Shown piece by piece: positions 10,147-20,649 of a stretch of DNA of 64,000 nucleotides (its first letter is position 1; every line of letters starts with the position of its first letter). Source of the DNA: Candidatus Makana argininalis (GTDB lineage Bacteria > Pseudomonadota > Gammaproteobacteria > Enterobacterales > Enterobacteriaceae); assembly GCA_044442865.1 (NCBI GenBank), contig JBISJU010000001.1, forward strand, positions 31,402-95,401, given 5' to 3'. The notes beneath the pieces are model-generated. The model saw nothing but the letters and a program-made list of their open reading frames with translations, was not told the DNA's origin and did not search any database. The position numbers were made by a program, and so were the translations under genes.

Positions 10147-13100
10147 TTAAATTAATAACTTATCTATATAATTTATTAATTTAAAATTAGGTTTACAATA
10201 AAAAATACCATTATTTTTATTTACATTATTTATACCTCTTAAAAACAAATAATATACACCACCAAAATCTTTTTTATAATTATATTTATAAAGTTTTTGT
10301 TTTAAAAAACGATGAAGTGCTAATGTATAAATTTGATATTGTAAATCATATCTATTGTTAATAATAGATTTTTCTATATTATCTATATTATAAAATTTTT
10401 CATTTTCTCCAAGCCAATTAGATTTATAATCTAAAATATAATATTTTTTATTCCATCTAAAAACTAAATCTATAAACCCTTTCATCATACCTTTTGTTTT
10501 TGGAAAATTTATATTTATACATTTATAAGTAATAAGATCATATTTTTTACAAATATTTTGTAAATTATTTGTAAAAAAAAAATCCTTAATAGGAATATAA
10601 AAAGAAAATTCATTACATTTATCTTTGGATTTTATTTTTTTAAGTGAAAGATCATTATTATCCAAATTATAATCAATAATATTTTCAATCCATTTAATTA
10701 TTACATTTTTCCACATTATATCAATATTTTTATTATTCATTATTTTATTTAAAAAATGTAAACTTATTTTTTTTTTAAAATTTATATTTTTAAGCAAAAT
10801 ATGTAAAAAATTACCTGTTATTTTTCCAGTAGGAAAATTATGTTGGTTTAAAGTTGCAATTTTAATTTTTTTTTTTTTAGAATTTTTAAATATATCTATT
10901 TTGGGTAAAGTTATATTTTTAATATATTTTAAATTTCTATTTAATGATGAATAACTAATAATTGTATCATTAACTATATTAATATTATTAATATTTTTTT
11001 TTTTTTTAAATTTTAATAATGTATTTACATTATGATTTTTTTTTTTTTTATTAAAATATTTTTTTTTACTTATTATAATATCTCCTTTTGATTTTTTAAC
11101 TAAAAATTTTATTTTATTTTCTAAAAAATTAATATCTCCAGCAACACCATTTTGAATTAAATAACCAATAGCACTTTTATGAACACTATTATTATTTGTT
11201 TTTCGATTTTTTCCTTTATGTAAAGATGATATTCCTATACTGCAATGATATATTGATCTTGTTAAAGATACATAAAGAATTCTTAAGTCTTCTGCAAGTC
11301 TCTCAATATCTATTTTATTAATTGAAATTTTTGAATTTAAAGAATTTAAATAAAATATATTTTTTTTAATTCTATAATCGGCAATAAATGGTAAAAAAAC
11401 TATTGGAAATTCCAAACCTTTTGATTTATGTACAGTTATTATATTAACAAAATTGTTATTATTTTTTAAAATTGATGTTGTATTTTTCAAATATTTATTA
11501 GATGAGTATATTTTTTCTTCCAATAATCTAATTATTGATAATCTATTCTCAAAATGTATAGATTCTTCTTGTAATAATTCACCTAAATGCATTAAATTTG
11601 AAAATTTTTTTTCACCTTCTTTTAGAAATAAAAGTTTTTTTTTAATTTTATAATCTTTAATTAACTCTTTTATCATAGGATGTATACCATATTTTTTCCA
11701 TATTATTTTATATTTAATAAATTTATTTAAATGATAATATAATATTTTTTTATTTTTATTTAACATTTTAATTTCATTAAAATCAAAACCAATAATATCT
11801 GTTATCAGAGCTTTCTTAATATATAAATTATTAGTATACAAAACTGCTTTTAATATCCACATTAAATCAACTGATTCTTTAGATTTAAATATATTTTCAC
11901 TTTTAGATATAAATATTGACGGTATATTAAATTTTGTTAATGCATTACTAATTAAATTAGCTTCATTTCCATTTCTTATTATTATTGTTATATCAGAGGC
12001 AGTAATATATTTTTTACCAAAATTTCCTTCTATCCATGTTTTTTTTTTATTTGAAGAATTTATCCAAGAAAAAATAGTATTTGCACATTTATTAGACATA
12101 TATTTTTTATATTCATGTGAATTTACTATAATATCCGGTTGTATCCAAATATTCATAGCAGGATAAATTTTGTTATTTACTATTAGTTTTAATTTTTTAT
12201 TTTCTTTGGAGTATTTTAATGGTACAAATGAAATTTCTTTAAAAATAAAAGGATTGGAAAATGAAGTAAATAAATTATTAACAGCATTAATCATTCCTTT
12301 AGAAGAACGCCAATTAACATCAAGAGTATAATGATTATTTATTTCATTTTTAGCTCTAATATATGTTAAAATATCAGCACCCCGAAAACCATAAATAGAT
12401 TGTTTAGGATCACCTATAATTAAAAAAAAACAATTTTTATAACCTATATATATTTTTTTAAAAATATTATATTGCTTTAAATCTGTATCTTGGAATTCAT
12501 CAATTATTGCTACTGGATATAATTTACGTATTTTATTTGATAATTTTGATCCAAATTTTCCTTGAATGATTTTTTCTAAAATAGTAATTAGATCATTAAA
12601 ACTAATTTTTGATCTTCTATTTTTTTCTTTTATAATATATTTTTCAATTTTGAAAACAGAAAATAAAAAAATTTCTTTTTTTATTGATAAATTATCTAAA
12701 TAGTAATTTTCAATTATTTTAAATAAAACAAAATTTTTATTATTATTTTGAATATTATTTTTAAATAAATTTGATAATTTAAATTTTGATAATTCATTAG
12801 GAACTTTATCATCAATTGTAGGTTCATTAGCCCATTTATCAATTTTATTTAACCATTTAATTATATTTTTTTTACTATAAATTTTTTTATTTATGTTAGA
12901 ATTATATATAAATTTTCTAAATAAAGAAAATTTAATCCAATTTTTTTTTAATAAATTAATATTTGATATTATATTTTTATATATTTGAATTATTGAATAA
13001 TTTTTTTTTGATAAATTATATTTTTTGTTTAAATTAATATTTAAATAGGGTGATATATTAATATAAAAATTTTTAGGATTTTTCCAGTATTTTTTTATTA

Positions 13101-13635
13101 ATATAGCTATATTATAAGGTAAAACAGAAAAATTTTTATTCCAGAAATAATAAGTTGATGTATATTTTAAAATTGATTCATCTTCTATAATCTCTTTATC
13201 AAATATAATACCAGATTGTACAATATTTTTATTTAAAATTTTTTTACAAAAACCATGAATAGTATAAATAGATAATTCATTTATTTTATTTTTAGCTATA
13301 ATTAATAATAATTTAGCTATTTTAATATTTTTTATTTTTTTAAATAATTTCATAATTATATAATTATTACTTTTTTTTTTAATACATTCATTATATAATA
13401 AATTTATGTTCTCAATTATACGATTTTTAATTTCATTTTTTGCTAATTCAGTGAATGTTACAATTAATATTTTGTCTGCTTTTATAGGTTTAAAATGATT
13501 TTTACTTATCATTCCTAAAATTAAACGTAAATATAATATAGATATAGTATATGTTTTTCCTGTTCCTGCTGATGCCTCTATTAATATATTTCCAAATAAA
13601 GGTAAATCAATTGAATTAAAAATTTTTTTAATCAT
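10147..13635 (-). CDS. recB: exodeoxyribonuclease V beta subunit
   Basis: 1162-aa ORF. N-terminal UvrD-type Walker A (EASAGTGKTYTI), DEFQDTD, and C-terminal nuclease motif GFIDLVF...ILDYKSN. Confidence 0.92.
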   Translation of the reverse strand: MIKKIFNSIDLPLFGNILIEASAGTGKTYTISILYLRLILGMISKNHFKPIKADKILIVTFTELAKNEIKNRIIENINLLYNECIKKKSNNYIIMKLFKKIKNIKIAKLLLIIAKNKINELSIYTIHGFCKKILNKNIVQSGIIFDKEIIEDESILKYTSTYYFWNKNFSVLPYNIAILIKKYWKNPKNFYINISPYLNINLNKKYNLSKKNYSIIQIYKNIISNINLLKKNWIKFSLFRKFIYNSNINKKIYSKKNIIKWLNKIDKWANEPTIDDKVPNELSKFKLSNLFKNNIQNNNKNFVLFKIIENYYLDNLSIKKEIFLFSVFKIEKYIIKEKNRRSKISFNDLITILEKIIQGKFGSKLSNKIRKLYPVAIIDEFQDTDLKQYNIFKKIYIGYKNCFFLIIGDPKQSIYGFRGADILTYIRAKNEINNHYTLDVNWRSSKGMINAVNNLFTSFSNPFIFKEISFVPLKYSKENKKLKLIVNNKIYPAMNIWIQPDIIVNSHEYKKYMSNKCANTIFSWINSSNKKKTWIEGNFGKKYITASDITIIIRNGNEANLISNALTKFNIPSIFISKSENIFKSKESVDLMWILKAVLYTNNLYIKKALITDIIGFDFNEIKMLNKNKKILYYHLNKFIKYKIIWKKYGIHPMIKELIKDYKIKKKLLFLKEGEKKFSNLMHLGELLQEESIHFENRLSIIRLLEEKIYSSNKYLKNTTSILKNNNNFVNIITVHKSKGLEFPIVFLPFIADYRIKKNIFYLNSLNSKISINKIDIERLAEDLRILYVSLTRSIYHCSIGISSLHKGKNRKTNNNSVHKSAIGYLIQNGVAGDINFLENKIKFLVKKSKGDIIISKKKYFNKKKKNHNVNTLLKFKKKKNINNINIVNDTIISYSSLNRNLKYIKNITLPKIDIFKNSKKKKIKIATLNQHNFPTGKITGNFLHILLKNINFKKKISLHFLNKIMNNKNIDIMWKNVIIKWIENIIDYNLDNNDLSLKKIKSKDKCNEFSFYIPIKDFFFTNNLQNICKKYDLITYKCININFPKTKGMMKGFIDLVFRWNKKYYILDYKSNWLGENEKFYNIDNIEKSIINNRYDLQYQIYTLALHRFLKQKLYKYNYKKDFGGVYYLFLRGINNVNKNNGIFYCKPNFKLINYIDKLLI

Positions 13636-13676
13636 ATAATTTATTTTTTTTCAAATATTTTATTTTAATAAAAATT

Positions 13677-16600
13677 TTATATTTTATTAAATTTTAACAT
13701 TGGTAATAAATATTTTTCAAATAAAAAAAACATTTCATTTATATTTTTTTTATTTAAATGTTTAACAACTTTTTTAATGTAAATATTATTATATTCAGAA
13801 TAAAATTCTTTTTTTTGATTAAAATATTTTATTATTTGTTCTCCAACTTTTTTTTTAATATTAACATTTTTATTTAAAGTTTTATTTTTACTATTATAAC
13901 AATATTGTTTCCATATATTACTTGAACTATAAAATAACAATAAAGGTTCTAAAATTCCTTTAAAATAACCTAAAATATAAAACATTAATAAATTTTTAGC
14001 TTTTTTTTTTTTAACAGGTAAAAAATTCCACTCTCCATTTATAAAAAACATAATACTATTTTTTTTTCCATCATATAAACAATAAATTAAATGTTCTATC
14101 CATAAAATTAAACCATCTTTAATTGATATTTTTTTTGTACTCCATTTAATTATTCTATCTTTATAAAAATTATCAATCCACCCAATTAAAGTTATATTTT
14201 TAAAATTTAAACACACTTCTAAAGTTCTTTTTTTTAAAATATTAAATATTTTTATTTTATTATATAAATTAATTAATTTTTTATATTGTTCTAAAAAAAA
14301 TATTTTTCCAAATATTCCGTATTGTAGTAATCCAGAATATTTTATTTCATTAAATATTTTATTTATATTATTTTTTTTTATAATTAAATTTAATATTTTT
14401 TCTTTAATTTTGAAATTTGTGAAAATATTATTTAAATAATCTTTTTCATATGAACTTTCTATAAATGATTTATTAAAATAAATTTTTAAATTATTTATAA
14501 ACCATGTTTTAATAGGGTTATTATAAAATTCAATAATATCTTCTAGTTTTAATATTTTATTTTTAAAATTTAATAATAATTTTGAATTTAAAGATAAATC
14601 ATATTTTAATTTTAATAAATTTTTTTTAAAATAATTTTTTTTTTTTTTTAAAAAAAATGTATTTTTTTTTAAAAAAAAATTTATATCATGAAATTTAAAA
14701 ATATGTTTTATAATATTATTTATAATCTGTTTCTCTTCTAAATATTGATCTCCTTCAATATAAAAATTATTTGATATATAATAAATTAATTCATTCACAA
14801 ATGTAGAATTAGTATTAATATTATTATTTTTAATATCATTTCCAATAAAACTTACATAAAAAATATCTTTAGCAGATAAAATAGACTCTAAAAAATAATA
14901 CTTAAGATTTTCTAAAATATTAATATCACCAATTCTTGGATGTTTAAAAATCAAATTATAATTATTTTTATATTTTTTCTTTTGTATAATATTATCATTA
15001 ATTCCTAATATACATACTATTCTAAAATTTATAGAAGACATAGATTTTAAATTACAAAAATTTATTTTTCCAAATAAAAAATTATTTATTATTTTTTTTT
15101 TATTTAATTTATTAAATAATTCTTCTTTAATTAATTTTACAGAAATTTTTTCTTTAAATTTAGATTTAATACAATATTTTAATATTTTTTTCCATGTACT
15201 TTTAATAAGTGTTAAAATATTTTCTTCCTTGGGGGAAGTAGCATAAAAAAAAGAAGATATAATTTTTTCAGAAATTGAACACCAATATTTTATTTTTCTA
15301 GGTTTTAAAAGCTTTTTTTTAAAATATTTAATATTATTTATTAAATCATAAAATTTACCTAATAAACATGACGATAATCCATATGTCTTATCATATGGAA
15401 GAATTTTATTCCAAGATCCGAACTCACTATTCATTGCATAACCTAAAAACATTCTATTAAATCCAAAATCCCATGAATTTAAATTATTAATATTTTCAAT
15501 AAAATTATTATCTTTTTTTTCTTCATCTAATTCTAATTTAATTCCTGATTCTAATACCCATCTATTTAATATATCAATTTCTTTATTTTTGATATTAAAT
15601 TTACGTGATATAGATTTTACTTCTAAAAATTTTAAAATTTTTTTTGCAGATAATTTAATAAATGGTAAATCTAATAATTTCATAAAAGATAATGATATTA
15701 AATTAATTTTTTTCGATTCAATATCTGAAATATAAAATGGTAAATTATTTTTTAAATTATAATTTCCAAATATAGATTTAATTGATGCTACATAATTCTT
15801 TATATTTGGAGCCATTACAATAATATTTTGTGGTTTTAATGTTACATCTTTAGACATAATTAATAATAATTTATCATATAAAATTTCTATTTCTTTGTAA
15901 TAACTGTAACAAGCATTAATATTAATAGAAAAATCTTTTATTTTTATCATTCTTTTTAAAATTTTATTTTTATAAATATGTTTTTTATTTTCAGATGAAT
16001 AATTTTTTAAAATAAGAATGTCTTTTTTAATTAAATTTAAAATATTATTTTTAATAGGTTTAATAAATGCATTTATTTCTATAATTCTATTTAAATTAGA
16101 AATTAAATATATATATTCTTTACATTTCTTACCCCATGAAGAAAGAAAATAATTTCCTAAATTAGGTTTACTTATATAATTCAATAATACAGATTTTGTT
16201 TTATTATTTATAAAAATTATATTATTATTTTCTTTTATACATTTGTTTATTATTTTTTCAAAAAAATTAAAATCTTCTATATCTCCCCAATAATGTTTAC
16301 ATGGATTTATAAACATATTATGAATATCCATAGAATTTCCTAATAATTCTAATAATTTAATATAAATAGGAGGTAATGAAGATATTCCAAAAATAAATAC
16401 TCTATTTGGTAATTTTATATTTTTTCTTTTTTTGTTTTTTATAATATTTTTAATATTATTAAAATTTTTATCATGTTGTAAAATTAATTCATTATAATGT
16501 ACTTTATTATTTATTAATTTTCTCCATAAAAAAGATTGCCAAATCTGATCTTCATCCAAATTTTTTATTAATTTTCCTTCTTTCCAAGATTTTAACCAAT

Positions 16601-17030
16601 CAGGACGATATATTCTGTATTGATTAAAAATATAAGCTAATTGAGTAGAAAATTTAAATTTTTTTAAAATATCATTATTTTTTAAAAAATATTTAATTTT
16701 TAAAAAATATTTATTATTTAATATATCAGGTATTAAAGAAAAAATTTTCCATGTCATAATAGAATTATTACAAGTATATTTATATTTTATATTAGGTAAT
16801 AAATTAGAAATAACATTACATATAAATTTCGAAATAGTAATAAATTTTATATTTGCATATATACCAAGTTGTTCTGATAATTTAATTTTTATCCAATTTG
16901 CAATATTTTTATTTTTAACTATAATTATTTCTGGTTTTAAAGGATCATTTTTTTTTTTTTTAACAGATATTAATAAAGAAATAATTATCTTAAGCATATC
17001 TGTGCTATTTGAATGATATATTATAAACAT
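13677..17030 (-). CDS. recC: exodeoxyribonuclease V gamma subunit
   Basis: 1117-aa ORF upstream of recB-recD. Length matches E. coli RecC (1122 aa). ptrA, which sits between recC and recB in E. coli, is absent. Confidence 0.88.
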   Translation of the reverse strand: MFIIYHSNSTDMLKIIISLLISVKKKKNDPLKPEIIIVKNKNIANWIKIKLSEQLGIYANIKFITISKFICNVISNLLPNIKYKYTCNNSIMTWKIFSLIPDILNNKYFLKIKYFLKNNDILKKFKFSTQLAYIFNQYRIYRPDWLKSWKEGKLIKNLDEDQIWQSFLWRKLINNKVHYNELILQHDKNFNNIKNIIKNKKRKNIKLPNRVFIFGISSLPPIYIKLLELLGNSMDIHNMFINPCKHYWGDIEDFNFFEKIINKCIKENNNIIFINNKTKSVLLNYISKPNLGNYFLSSWGKKCKEYIYLISNLNRIIEINAFIKPIKNNILNLIKKDILILKNYSSENKKHIYKNKILKRMIKIKDFSININACYSYYKEIEILYDKLLLIMSKDVTLKPQNIIVMAPNIKNYVASIKSIFGNYNLKNNLPFYISDIESKKINLISLSFMKLLDLPFIKLSAKKILKFLEVKSISRKFNIKNKEIDILNRWVLESGIKLELDEEKKDNNFIENINNLNSWDFGFNRMFLGYAMNSEFGSWNKILPYDKTYGLSSCLLGKFYDLINNIKYFKKKLLKPRKIKYWCSISEKIISSFFYATSPKEENILTLIKSTWKKILKYCIKSKFKEKISVKLIKEELFNKLNKKKIINNFLFGKINFCNLKSMSSINFRIVCILGINDNIIQKKKYKNNYNLIFKHPRIGDINILENLKYYFLESILSAKDIFYVSFIGNDIKNNNINTNSTFVNELIYYISNNFYIEGDQYLEEKQIINNIIKHIFKFHDINFFLKKNTFFLKKKKNYFKKNLLKLKYDLSLNSKLLLNFKNKILKLEDIIEFYNNPIKTWFINNLKIYFNKSFIESSYEKDYLNNIFTNFKIKEKILNLIIKKNNINKIFNEIKYSGLLQYGIFGKIFFLEQYKKLINLYNKIKIFNILKKRTLEVCLNFKNITLIGWIDNFYKDRIIKWSTKKISIKDGLILWIEHLIYCLYDGKKNSIMFFINGEWNFLPVKKKKAKNLLMFYILGYFKGILEPLLLFYSSSNIWKQYCYNSKNKTLNKNVNIKKKVGEQIIKYFNQKKEFYSEYNNIYIKKVVKHLNKKNINEMFFLFEKYLLPMLKFNKI

Positions 17031-17082
17031 AATGTTATATATTATTTTTTTTATTTTTAAATTTAAATTAAATAAATTATTT

Positions 17083-17156
17083 TAGCTACGACAGGAGTTG
17101 AACCTGTGACCTCAGCGTTATGAGTGCTGCGCTCTTACCAACTGAGCTACGTAGCT
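17083..17156 (-). tRNA. tRNA-Met (CAT), elongator type
   Basis: The reverse complement folds as a cloverleaf: acceptor AGCTACG/CGTAGCT, anticodon loop CT-CAT-AA. Strong identity to E. coli metT (GCUACGUAGCUCAGUUGGU..GGUCACAGGUUC). No encoded CCA. Confidence 0.85.
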
Positions 17157-17183
17157 TCAAATGTATTTAATGATATAAATTCT

Positions 17184-17256
17184 CTGGGGCACCAGGATTC
17201 GAACCTGGGAAATGACGGGATCAAAACCCGTTGCCTTTCCTCTTGGCTATACCCCA
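17184..17256 (-). tRNA. tRNA-Gln (TTG)
   Basis: The reverse complement TGGGGTATAGCCAAG...GGGTTTTGATCCC...GGTTCGAATCC matches E. coli tRNA-Gln(UUG). Anticodon TTG. Confidence 0.88.
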
Positions 17257-17266
17257 TAATTATAGT

Positions 17267-17348
17267 TACGGAAGGCGAGATTTGAACTCGCATGCATTTA
17301 AGCGTCAGAATCTAAATCTGATGCGTCTTCCATTTTCGCCACTCCCGT
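17267..17348 (-). tRNA. tRNA-Leu (TAG)
   Basis: The reverse complement ACGGGAGTGGCGAAAATGGAAGACGCATCAGATTTAGATTCTGA...GCGAGTTCAAATCTCGCCTTCCGT has a long variable arm and anticodon TAG. It resembles E. coli leuW. The Leu-Gln-Met order recalls the metT-leuW-glnU operon. Confidence 0.85.
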
Positions 17349-17458
17349 TTATAATAATATTATATTATAATTAATATAATTAAAACATAATATTTTTATA
17401 TTATCAAGTTTTTTTATAAAAATTATATTTTTAAATTAATATTTGTGAATTCAAATAA

Positions 17459-18202
17459 TTAAGCAGGGTTTGGTATATCTATAAAAGATACATCGAAATT
17501 AAATTTTTTAAATAACCACTCACCTAAAGATTTTATTCCAAATTTTTCTGTAGAATAATGACCAGCTGAATATAAATGTAATTTATTTTCTTTAGCAAAA
17601 TTAACACATTGTTCAGATTTATCTCCTGTAATAAAAGCATCAATTTTTTTATTTCTTATAATTTCAATAAATTTTTGTCCACTTCCAGAACATAAAGCTA
17701 CAGTGTTTATAAAATTAGAACCAGTTTTTCCATAATAAAAAATATTATTATTTAAGTTTATTTCTAATTTTTTTTTTAATTCTTTTCCACTTAAAGGTCT
17801 ATTTAGTTTTCCTTTTATAACTAACGGGTTTATAAATTTAATTATATTTATTTTTAAAATATTTGCTAATTGTACATTATTTCCGAATTTAATATGATAA
17901 TCTAAAGGTAAATGCCAAGCATATAAATTAATATTTTTAGTCAATATTTTTTTAAAATGATTACGTTTCATACCAAATATTTTAATATTTTCATTTTTCC
18001 AGAAATAACCATGGTGCACTATAATTGCATCAACATTTTTTTCAATAGCTATTTCTAATAATGTTTTACAAGAAGTTACTCCTGTAATTATTTTTTTTAC
18101 TTCTTTACGTCCTTCTATTTGCAACCCATTTGGACAATAATCTTTTATTGATATATTATTAAGTTTTTTATTTATTAATTTTTCTAATTTAATATTTAAC
18201 AT
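17459..18202 (-). CDS. ybgI: Nif3-family metal-binding protein YbgI (GTP cyclohydrolase 1 type 2 homolog)
   Basis: 247-aa ORF. DYCPNGLQIEG, IIVHHGYFWK, NLYAWHLPLD and C-terminal FIDIPNPA are collinear with E. coli YbgI. Confidence 0.85.
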   Translation of the reverse strand: MLNIKLEKLINKKLNNISIKDYCPNGLQIEGRKEVKKIITGVTSCKTLLEIAIEKNVDAIIVHHGYFWKNENIKIFGMKRNHFKKILTKNINLYAWHLPLDYHIKFGNNVQLANILKINIIKFINPLVIKGKLNRPLSGKELKKKLEINLNNNIFYYGKTGSNFINTVALCSGSGQKFIEIIRNKKIDAFITGDKSEQCVNFAKENKLHLYSAGHYSTEKFGIKSLGEWLFKKFNFDVSFIDIPNPA

Positions 18203-18367
18203 AAAATTTATAAAATAAACAAATTTAATTAAAAAATTTAAATAAATTTTAATTTTAAAATTTATTGAAATAATAAAATATTATATACTATTTTAATAAA
18301 ATGAATTAATATTTAATATTTAATATTAAATTAGAAAAATTAATTTTAATTAAAAGGATAAAATTTA

Positions 18368-18883
18368 ATGTCTAAAATAGGGATTTTTTATGGAAGTGAT
18401 ACTGGTAATACTGAAAAAATAGCTTATATTATTAATAATATTTTAGGAAAAAAAAAATCTGATATTTTTAATATATCTGAAATTAATAAAAAAGATATAG
18501 AAAAATATGATAAAATATTATTAGGGATATCTACATGGTATTATGGAGAACCTCAATGTGATTGGGATGATTTTTTTCCAATTATTAAAAAAATTAATTT
18601 TAAAAATAAGATTTGTGCTATATTTGGGTGTGGTGATCAAGAAAATTACCCAGAATATTTTTGTGACGCAATGGGTATTTTAGGAAATATTATTAAATTA
18701 AGAGGTGCAAAGATTGTTGGTAATTGGCCAACAAAAGGATATTATTTTATAAATTCAAAATCTTTAATTAAAAAAAAATATTTTATAGGTTTAGCTATTG
18801 ATGAAGATACACAATCTGATTTAACATATTTAAGAATAAAAAATTGGATTATTAAAATTAATAAAGAAATGAATATTAATTAA
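18368..18883 (+). CDS. fldA: flavodoxin 1
   Basis: 171-aa ORF. IGIFYGSDTGNTE FMN-binding loop and STWYYGE match FldA. Confidence 0.92.
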   Translation: MSKIGIFYGSDTGNTEKIAYIINNILGKKKSDIFNISEINKKDIEKYDKILLGISTWYYGEPQCDWDDFFPIIKKINFKNKICAIFGCGDQENYPEYFCDAMGILGNIIKLRGAKIVGNWPTKGYYFINSKSLIKKKYFIGLAIDEDTQSDLTYLRIKNWIIKINKEMNIN

Positions 18884-18902
18884 TTTAATTTATATTCATT
18901 TG

Positions 18903-20564
18903 CTATTTTTTAATTCTAGATCTAATCGTAGTTGTTAAATTGAAAACAGGATATTTACAAGAATAATATTTTTGATCTGCATAAAAATAACCTTCTCTTT
19001 CAAATTGAATATTTTTATTAATATCAATATTAGATATATTGTATTCAGAAAAACCATTAAATATTTTAATAGATTTTTTATTAAAGTTATTAATACAATC
19101 TTTATAAGAATATATTCTTTTTTTAATTAATAATTTATCATAAATTCTAAATTCTGTTGGTAAATTCTGTTTTACAGAAACCCAATGAATTATACCTTTT
19201 AATTTTCTTATTTTTTGAGATTTGTTATTAAAAGAATTTGGATCATGACAACAAAATATAGTAGAAATATTACCATTTTTATCTTTAATAAAGGATTTAG
19301 CTTTTATTATACAAGCATATCTTAATCGCACTTCTTTACCTATAGATAATCTATAATATTCAATACTTGGTTTTTCATTAAAATCATCTTTATTTATAAA
19401 TATTTCTCTACTAAACAAAACTTTTCTAGTTCCCATTTCTGGTTTTTTAGGATGGTTTTTCATAAAAATTATTTTTTGATAATCAAATTTTAAACTTTCT
19501 ATAATTAATTTTACTGGATTTACCACAGCCATTGCACGTATCGCATTTTTATTTAAATCTTTTCTTAAACAATTTTCTAAAACAGATAAATTTATATGAC
19601 TTTCTTGTTTTGAAATTCCAATTATTTTACAAAAATTACGTATTGAATTTGGTGTATAACCTCGGCGTCTAAGACCAGAAATAGTAAGTAATCTAGGATC
19701 ATCCCATGTTTTAACAAGTTTTTTTTTAATAATATATTTTAAATAACGTTTAGATATTATTGTATTATTTATTTCTAATTTAGCAAATTCATATTGTTTT
19801 GGAATAATTTTACGATGAGATATGTTTTTTAAAATCCAATTGTATAAAATTTTATTATTTTGAAATTCCAAAGTACATAAAGAATGAGTTACTCCTTCTA
19901 ATAAATCAGAAATACAATGAGCAAAATCGTACATTGGGTAAATACACCAAGTATTTCCAGTTTTATGATGACTTGTAAATCTTATTCTATACAGTACAGG
20001 ATCTCTCATTATAATATAAGGTGAAGACATATTAATTTTAGCTCTTAAACACATACTATTTTCTTTGAATTCACAGTTATGCATCTTTAAAAAAAGATCT
20101 AAATTTTCTTTAATACTTCTATTTCTATAAGGACTATTTTTTCCATTTTTCTTTAATGTTCCACGATATTTTTTTATTTCTTTTATAGATAATTGATCTA
20201 TATAAGCTAATCCTTTTTTAATTAATTTAACAGCATATTTTTTTATTTTATAAAAATAATCAGATGAGTATTTAATATTTTTATTCCATTTAAAACCTAA
20301 CCAATTAATATCTTTTTTAATTGAGTCAATATATTTTATTTTTTCTTTAACTGGATTAGTATCATCAAAACGAAGATTACATTTTCCATTATAATATTTA
20401 GCAATACCAAAATTTAAACATATAGATTTAGCATGACCTATATGTAAATAACCATTAGGTTCAGGAGGGAATCTAGTTTTTATATATTTATATTTACCTA
20501 GTATAATATCTTTATTAACAATTTTATAAATAAAATTTTTTGTTCCATTTTGTATTTTACTCAA
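18903..20564 (-). CDS. glnS: glutaminyl-tRNA synthetase
   Basis: 553-aa ORF. RFPPEPNGYLHIGHAKS (HIGH) and ISKR (KMSKS-like) motifs. TAG stop. Confidence 0.96.
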   Translation of the reverse strand: MSKIQNGTKNFIYKIVNKDIILGKYKYIKTRFPPEPNGYLHIGHAKSICLNFGIAKYYNGKCNLRFDDTNPVKEKIKYIDSIKKDINWLGFKWNKNIKYSSDYFYKIKKYAVKLIKKGLAYIDQLSIKEIKKYRGTLKKNGKNSPYRNRSIKENLDLFLKMHNCEFKENSMCLRAKINMSSPYIIMRDPVLYRIRFTSHHKTGNTWCIYPMYDFAHCISDLLEGVTHSLCTLEFQNNKILYNWILKNISHRKIIPKQYEFAKLEINNTIISKRYLKYIIKKKLVKTWDDPRLLTISGLRRRGYTPNSIRNFCKIIGISKQESHINLSVLENCLRKDLNKNAIRAMAVVNPVKLIIESLKFDYQKIIFMKNHPKKPEMGTRKVLFSREIFINKDDFNEKPSIEYYRLSIGKEVRLRYACIIKAKSFIKDKNGNISTIFCCHDPNSFNNKSQKIRKLKGIIHWVSVKQNLPTEFRIYDKLLIKKRIYSYKDCINNFNKKSIKIFNGFSEYNISNIDINKNIQFEREGYFYADQKYYSCKYPVFNLTTTIRSRIKK

Positions 20565-20649
20565 AATTAATACCTTTTTAAAAAAATTTAAATATTTAAT
20601 TTTAAATAATTATTAATATTTAATTTTAATTTATATAAATTAATTCTTT

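Noticed and set aside
18300-18340. Fur-box-like or 7-mer tandem (TTAATAT x3) upstream of fldA
   Set aside because: No match to the GATAATGATAATCATTATC consensus beyond A/T richness. It is a low-complexity repeat of a kind that is frequent in these spacers.
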